Source: Dehalococcoidia bacterium
GTDB taxonomy: Bacteria > Chloroflexota > Dehalococcoidia > Plut-88900
Direction of reading: 5' to 3'
Assembly (NCBI GenBank): GCA_965197645.1
Contig: OZ240219.1
Coordinates: forward strand, 672,001 to 736,000
Length of the DNA stretch: 64,000 nucleotides
In this document: positions 58,521-64,000 of the stretch, in pieces
Layout of the letters: every line of letters starts with the position of its first letter
Numbering within the stretch: the stretch's first letter is position 1
Translations under genes and position numbers: made by a program
The notes under the pieces: model-generated
Told to the model about the DNA's origin: nothing
Seen by the model: only the letters and a program-made list of their open reading frames with translations
The model's database searches: none

Positions 58521-59866
58521 GACCGGAGCTCAGCCAGCACCCGGTCGGCGCTGTATATGGCAGCGTCCAGCCCGCCGGAAACGGTCCAATCGCCCAGGTA
58601 GTGTATGTTGCCGGTGGGCGCCTGCAGGTCTCGGACCAGGTCTATCCTCCCCACGCGCCAGGGGCTGATGGCGTGGGGCCAGTGCCTAACGTAGCTTTCA
58701 ACGATGTTGCCCTTTAGCTTGGGGAACAGCTCCACCAGCTCGGCGCCCATCTGCTCCAGGGCTTCGCCGTCGGACATGGAGGACAGCCTCTTGGAGGCGG
58801 CGTCACCCGTGTAGACCCGGATCAGGCCCTGGCCCGTTCTCTCTTTCACCTCCCTGGGAAAGGTGAAGCTGGGGTTGGTCACCGAGATGAAGGTCTTGCC
58901 GACTACGGGCACCCGCCATACGCCCTCGCCCATGAAGCTCTCTGCGGGAACCCCGGTTAGAAATCCGGCGCTGGTCATTGCGCCCATGTCTATCTGGGAC
59001 AGGACGTCCTGCTTCCATTCGGGCAACCCTTTGACCATACCGGACACCAGGGGGCCGGGCACAGCCAGAGCGCAACGTTTGGCTTGCACCGTCTTCGTCT
59101 GGCCGGCCAGGTCATAGGTGACGTTCACCAGGCCATCCTTTTCTTCGACCGATTGCACGTCCGCGGAGGTCTCAGTCTTGTCCCTGACGTGGTCCCAAAG
59201 GGTCTTCGTGAGGGTCCACGTGCCTCCCTCGACGAAGTGCTCGTCGCCGGAGAAGTGCAGGAAGGTCAACACAGGCTGGAGGGCGGCTACCTGATCGGAG
59301 TCTACGGTGTTGGCGCCCCGCGACAGAGTGTCCCACAGCGCTTTGACGTCCGGATGTGAGGCTCCGATAAAGCGGTCCATCCTGACCGAGTCCAGCTCCC
59401 TGGCCTTTGGGTTGTTGGTATCGGGTGGTTCATCACCCATGTGTCCGTACCGGCGCCTCATGTTGAGGATCTTCCAACCCAGTTTCACTTTCTCTGCCAA
59501 GGGTAGGGGCAGCTGCCATAGGAAGCTGGGCTCTGATCCGGCAGCGATGTATTTTCCCTTCATGATCAGGGGCATCTTGGTCTTGCGAATAAGGGTGAAC
59601 TTGACACCGAGCTCCCTGGCCAGCCTGGCCGGTGGGCTCTCCTTGCCGATGATCACCTGGGCGCCCTGGTTGTAGAAGTACTCGCCCATCTGCTGGGAGA
59701 TGGTCCGGCCGCCGGCGACGTCCTCTTTCTCCAGCAGCAGGATGTTCTTGTCCTTTAGCCGGTAGGCCAGTGTGAGACCGGCCAGTCCCGCACCGATTAT
59801 CACCAGGTCCAACACCTGGGATCCTTCGTCTGTTGATGTGGTCGTAACGTCGCTCGTCTGAGCCAT
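58517..59866 (-). CDS. FAD-dependent oxidoreductase (amine oxidase/HemY-like)
   Basis: IIGAGLAGL, LEK...GGR and GDWT..GG.D.A. Confidence 0.88.
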   Translation of the reverse strand: MAQTSDVTTTSTDEGSQVLDLVIIGAGLAGLTLAYRLKDKNILLLEKEDVAGGRTISQQMGEYFYNQGAQVIIGKESPPARLARELGVKFTLIRKTKMPLIMKGKYIAAGSEPSFLWQLPLPLAEKVKLGWKILNMRRRYGHMGDEPPDTNNPKARELDSVRMDRFIGASHPDVKALWDTLSRGANTVDSDQVAALQPVLTFLHFSGDEHFVEGGTWTLTKTLWDHVRDKTETSADVQSVEEKDGLVNVTYDLAGQTKTVQAKRCALAVPGPLVSGMVKGLPEWKQDVLSQIDMGAMTSAGFLTGVPAESFMGEGVWRVPVVGKTFISVTNPSFTFPREVKERTGQGLIRVYTGDAASKRLSSMSDGEALEQMGAELVELFPKLKGNIVESYVRHWPHAISPWRVGRIDLVRDLQAPTGNIHYLGDWTVSGGLDAAIYSADRVLAELRS

Positions 59867-60010
59867 GGGTGGGTCCTTCCTCCGCTTGGTCGGTCGATAT
59901 GCCGAGCGTATCATACACTATGGTACGGCCTTGAAACCCGCGAGATAGCGTCTCCGCCAATGCTGTTAGGCTGACGGAGCATCGTGTGGGCAAAGTGGCG
60001 AACGCCCCCT

Positions 60011-60440
60011 CGCTCGCAACGACGGTAACCGTTAGACTGGGTCCGAACCTCCGTCATTGCGAGCACCGACAAAGTCGGGGCGTGGCAATCCAACCCAAGT
60101 CTGGCGGTTGACTGGCAGAGGCGTGTACCCCACCCGCTCCAGATTGCTTCGCTCCCTTCATCCTCCCCCAGACCTACCCCCGCCTCGTTCGCAACGACGG
60201 CAACCGTTAGACTGGCTCCGTACCTCCGTCATTGCGAGCACCGACAAAGTCGGGGCGTGGCAATCCAACCCAAGTCTGGCGGTTGACTGGCAGAGGCGTG
60301 TACCCCACCCGCTCCAGATTGCTTCGCTCTATTCATCCTCCCCCAGACCTACCCCCCCCCGCTCGCAACGACGGCAACCGTTAGACTGGCTCCGTACCTC
60401 CGCCATTGCGAGCACCGACGAAGTCGGGGCGTGGCAATCT
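60011..60440. repeat. about 2.5 tandem ~175-bp units of alternating-orientation REPs (BIME-like)
   Basis: Units start at 60011, 60186 and 60360. Confidence 0.92.
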
Positions 60441-60493
60441 CAGGTTAGGCTTTCTCCAAGTGGGCAGGGCTTGGGTTGATGGAAGAGTATCGC

Positions 60494-60964
60494 CTAGACC
60501 GAGACGAACTGGGTCTTCACCCACCCCTCATCGAAGGGTGTCCAGAAGAAGGACGTAAGCTTCAGGTGCTTGAACATCCAGGCGCCGTCGACCCTGACGT
60601 AATCTTCATCGTACCTGGCCGATCCCCATACCGCCCTGTTGCCCTCGCCAAAGGTGCACGCCTGGAACAGGTACCAGGTCCCCTTGGCGGTATCGCCGTC
60701 CACATCTATGATCGGGTTCATGACCATGTGAACGGCAAAGGGCATGCCTTCGGGGGACCCGAGGAAGAAGGAACGGATCCCTTCCCGGCCGTCGGCTCGG
60801 CCCATCATCCCGCCGTCCCAGATGCCGTCTTCCGTGAACAGGCCGGCGATGCCATCGGCGTCGTAGCTATCGTCGCAAAATCCGCAGTACTGGTGCTTGA
60901 GCCGCTTGATCTCCTCCACGTCTTCGAGGGCTTTCAACCGTTTTTCCATCTCCTGCAGGTCCAT
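60494..60964 (-). CDS. NTF2/SnoaL-like family protein
   Basis: EEIKRLKHQYC..CD, LFTEDG, H...NPIIDVDGDTA.G.WY. Confidence 0.88.
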   Translation of the reverse strand: MDLQEMEKRLKALEDVEEIKRLKHQYCGFCDDSYDADGIAGLFTEDGIWDGGMMGRADGREGIRSFFLGSPEGMPFAVHMVMNPIIDVDGDTAKGTWYLFQACTFGEGNRAVWGSARYDEDYVRVDGAWMFKHLKLTSFFWTPFDEGWVKTQFVSV

Positions 60965-61039
60965 TTGCAGCCTCCTTGGGGTGTACGTTATGCCGATGCT
61001 ATAATTCCTCCACCGCCAAATCAAGGCCAAGGATAGTTT

Positions 61040-61327
61040 ATGGCTCTGAGCAGAGAAGAGGTCGAGCACATAGCCCAGCTGGCACGGGTTGGGATGACCG
61101 AGGAGGACCTGGATGCCTTCGCCGGACAGCTTTCCCATATCCTAGAGCAGTTCGAGATACTGGAAGAGGTGGACACCGATGACGTGCCTCCCTCCTCCCA
61201 TCCCATCGACATCACCAGCGTCTTCAGGGACGATGAAGTTGCACCCTCCTACCCCAGGGAGGACGTACTGGCCAACGCACCCAGAGAGGACGACGGGTTC
61301 TTCCGGGTGAAATCGGTGCTGGGTTGA
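61040..61327 (+). CDS. gatC: Asp/Glu-tRNA amidotransferase subunit C
   Basis: EEVEHIAQLAR and LANAP..DDGFF. Confidence 0.95.
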   Translation: MALSREEVEHIAQLARVGMTEEDLDAFAGQLSHILEQFEILEEVDTDDVPPSSHPIDITSVFRDDEVAPSYPREDVLANAPREDDGFFRVKSVLG

Positions 61328-61330
61328 CCG

Positions 61331-62806
61331 ATGGACAGCCCAACCCCTGAGCGCCTCCACGAGCTAACCCTTCACGAGGCCCAAAGCCTTCTCCAGGAAA
61401 GGCAGGTCACCTCGGTGGAGCTCACCCGGGCCGTCCTGGACCGCATAGAAAGCGTCGACGAGCGGCTCAAGGCCTTCGTCACCGTCACGCCGGAGCTGGC
61501 GTTGGAGCGGGCCAAAGCGGCCGATAAGGCCATCGGCGAGGACCGGGCCGGGCCGCTGACCGGCGTCCCGATGCAGCTCAAGGACAACATATCCACCCAG
61601 GGCGTCGCCACCACCTGCTCCTCCAGGATGCTGGAGAGCTTCGTGCCGCCCTACGACGCCCACGTTGCCGATAAGCTGAAAAAGGCCGGTGCGGTGCTGG
61701 TGGGCAAGGGAAACCTGGACGAGTTCGCTATGGGTTCCTCCACGGAGAACTCGGCATTCTCGACTACACGGAACCCGTGGGACCTGGAGCGGGTGCCCGG
61801 TGGTTCGAGTGGAGGCCCGGCGGCGGCGGTGGCCGCGGGCGAGGCGGTCTACGCACTGGGGTCTGATACGGGAGGGAGCATTCGACAACCCGCCTCGCTG
61901 TGTGGTGTGGTCGGTATGAAGCCCACCTACGGGCTGGTGAGCCGGTTCGGGCTGGTGGCCTTCGGCAGCTCCCTGGACCAGATCGGGCCGTTGACCAAGG
62001 ACGTGACCGACACCGCCCTCGTGATGAACGCCATCACGGGACACGACCCCAGGGACTCCACCTCCGCCAAGTACGACCCTCCCGACTATACGAAAGCCCT
62101 GACGGGGGACATCAAGGGGCTGCGCGTCGGGGTGCCCAGGGAATACATGGTTGAGTGGATGGAGCAGGACGTAGTGGACGTGATGGAACGAGCCCTGGCC
62201 AAGCTGGAGGACCTGGGCGCCGTGGTGGACCGGGAGGTGTCCCTGCCCAACACCAAGTATGCGCTGGCCGTCTACTACATCATCGCACCCTCGGAGGCCT
62301 CGGCGAACCTGGCACGCTACGACGGCGTTAAGTACGGTTTCTCCGCCCAGGACGCCGGCGGTATGTGGGAGGCGATGGAGAAGACCCGGCAGCATGGGTT
62401 CGGGCCCGAGGTGAAGCGACGGATCATGCTGGGAGCCTATGCCCTCTCGGCGGGCTACTACGACGCCTATTACCTCAAGGCCCAGAAGGTGCGGACCCTC
62501 ATCCGCCGGGAGTTGAACGAGGCGTTTGAGAAGTACGACGTGCTGGTGTCCCCCACCTCCCCCACGGTCCCCTTCAAGTTGGGCGATAGGACCGAGGACC
62601 CAGTGCAGATGTACTACAGCGATATCTGCACCATTCCCGCCAACATCGCGGGAATCCCCTCGATTTCGGTGCCCGCAGGCTTCTCCTTCGGGCTGCCTAT
62701 AGGGCTGCAGATCATGGGTAGGCCCTTCGGCGAAGAGGCCATCCTCCGCACGGCCTACGCCTACGAGCAGGCCAACGGGTGGCACAAGCTGCGTGCCCCC
62801 TTATAG
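61331..62806 (+). CDS. gatA: Asp/Glu-tRNA amidotransferase subunit A
   Basis: [21 protein letters not shown] and NLARYDG. Confidence 0.97.
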   Translation: MDSPTPERLHELTLHEAQSLLQERQVTSVELTRAVLDRIESVDERLKAFVTVTPELALERAKAADKAIGEDRAGPLTGVPMQLKDNISTQGVATTCSSRMLESFVPPYDAHVADKLKKAGAVLVGKGNLDEFAMGSSTENSAFSTTRNPWDLERVPGGSSGGPAAAVAAGEAVYALGSDTGGSIRQPASLCGVVGMKPTYGLVSRFGLVAFGSSLDQIGPLTKDVTDTALVMNAITGHDPRDSTSAKYDPPDYTKALTGDIKGLRVGVPREYMVEWMEQDVVDVMERALAKLEDLGAVVDREVSLPNTKYALAVYYIIAPSEASANLARYDGVKYGFSAQDAGGMWEAMEKTRQHGFGPEVKRRIMLGAYALSAGYYDAYYLKAQKVRTLIRRELNEAFEKYDVLVSPTSPTVPFKLGDRTEDPVQMYYSDICTIPANIAGIPSISVPAGFSFGLPIGLQIMGRPFGEEAILRTAYAYEQANGWHKLRAPL

Positions 62807-62819
62807 CTCCTACGGGCGT

Positions 62820-64000
62820 CTAGCGAATGGCGCCGGCTTGTTGCAGCTTCTCGATGCCGTCCCAGTCGTAGCCGGCCTCCAGAAGGATCTCCTCAGTGTG
62901 TTGGCCCAGCTCGGGGGCCTCTCGGTGGATGCCCGCGGGAGTCTTGGAGTAGGTGACGGGATGGTTGCACATCTTGACCGAGCCGAGGGCGGGATGATCG
63001 AAGGGGACGATGTAGTCGTTGGCTATCACCTGGGTGTCGTGCTCCAACTCATCCAGGGATTGGACCTTGGAGAATATGAAGTCTCCCCCGGTGCGGAAGG
63101 CCTCGTCCCATTCGGCGTAGGTCCTGGTCAGGAAACGCTCATCGAGTATTCGCGTTAGCTCCTCGCTGTTCTTGCTCCTCGCCTCTATGTCGGCATACCG
63201 GGAGTCGTTTATCAGGTCCGGTATGCCCAGGACCTCGGCGAAGGTCGGCCAGTACCGGTCGGCCTGGGGCATGGTGAGAACGACCCAGCGTCCATCCTTG
63301 CACTGGTAGTGGTTCCACAAGGGGTTTCCCGGGTCTTTGCGATTGATCGGGCCGAAGTCCTGCCCGTCGATGAGGCCCATGCTCACACTCAGTCCCTGCA
63401 GCCACATGATGCTGCTGAGATGAGATGCATCGATCTTCTGTCCGATGCCCTGCTGGTCCCGGGCCACCAGTGCCGCCAGGACACCGAAGCACAGCATGAC
63501 CGCTCCCATCTGGTCGGCAACGCCCGCCCCGACTACCGGCGGCTCGGTGGAGCCGTGCTGGGCCGCAGTCATCATCAGGCCGCCTCGCGCCTGGCCACAG
63601 GTATCGAAGGAGGGCTGGTAGGCGTCCGGGCCTTCGGGGCCGTAGCCGGAAGCTGAGGCGTAGACCAGCTTGGGGTTGATTTTGCTGAGCGTTGCGTAGT
63701 CGACACCCAGCCGCTCGGCCACTCCCTTGCGGAAGTTCTCGACGAACACGTCGGCGGTTTCGACCAGCTTGTAGACTATCGCCCGGCCTTCTTCGGTCTT
63801 GAGATCGACGGCGATGCCCCGCTTGTTGCGATTGCAGGTCTCGAAGTAGGAGTTACGCTCCGGCTGGAACTCGGGGTTTTGCGCATCTTGAACGGAGAGG
63901 GCGCGACCCCCATCGCCTACCAGCGACTCGATTTTCACGACGTCGGCGCCCATGTCACCCATCATCGACGAGGCGACGGGGCCGAACTGCCACATGGTCC
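62820..64000 (-). CDS. CaiB/BaiF family III CoA-transferase (5' end beyond the window)
   Basis: MGADVVKIE, NRNKR, ENFR and APELGQHT. Confidence 0.93.
   Translation of the reverse strand, partial: TMWQFGPVASSMMGDMGADVVKIESLVGDGGRALSVQDAQNPEFQPERNSYFETCNRNKRGIAVDLKTEEGRAIVYKLVETADVFVENFRKGVAERLGVDYATLSKINPKLVYASASGYGPEGPDAYQPSFDTCGQARGGLMMTAAQHGSTEPPVVGAGVADQMGAVMLCFGVLAALVARDQQGIGQKIDASHLSSIMWLQGLSVSMGLIDGQDFGPINRKDPGNPLWNHYQCKDGRWVVLTMPQADRYWPTFAEVLGIPDLINDSRYADIEARSKNSEELTRILDERFLTRTYAEWDEAFRTGGDFIFSKVQSLDELEHDTQVIANDYIVPFDHPALGSVKMCNHPVTYSKTPAGIHREAPELGQHTEEILLEAGYDWDGIEKLQQAGAIR

Noticed and set aside
61364-62785. 473-aa ORF opposite gatA
   Set aside because: Antisense shadow.
61040-62806. 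gatB missing beside gatCA
   Set aside because: Split gat operons are common; gatB is probably elsewhere in the genome.

Overview
High-GC bacterial chromosomal segment, most consistent with Chloroflexota/Dehalococcoidia (SAR202-like). That placement is inferred from gene content (lipoprotein solute-binding proteins, LLM oxidoreductase, CaiB CoA-transferase, DUF3090/SCO1664 pair, paralog expansions) and was not tested by search. Core genes (prfA, prmC, hisS, groES/groL with CIRCE, tsaD, proBA, mnmG, tatA/B-tatC, gdh, gatCA) are interspersed with duplicated catabolic genes: four M20 amidohydrolases, two CE4 deacetylases, two DUF1989, two DinB and two solute-binding lipoproteins. No rRNA, tRNA, transposase, integrase or cas gene was seen. 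Many intergenic gaps hold a modular REP/MITE-like repeat family. Most notable: (1) a non-coding repeat-spacer array of 7 clear plus 1 degenerate ~30-nt repeats (period 68-76 nt) between an XRE-HTH gene and a DUF2851 gene with nuclease-like and Cys-cluster motifs; (2) four M20 paralogs that have all lost the second-metal ligands; (3) a single gene flanked by 22-bp direct repeats; (4) a 1751-bp tandem duplication with conserved ends and a diverged ligand-binding core; (5) four phased 20-21-bp repeats in a divergent promoter.
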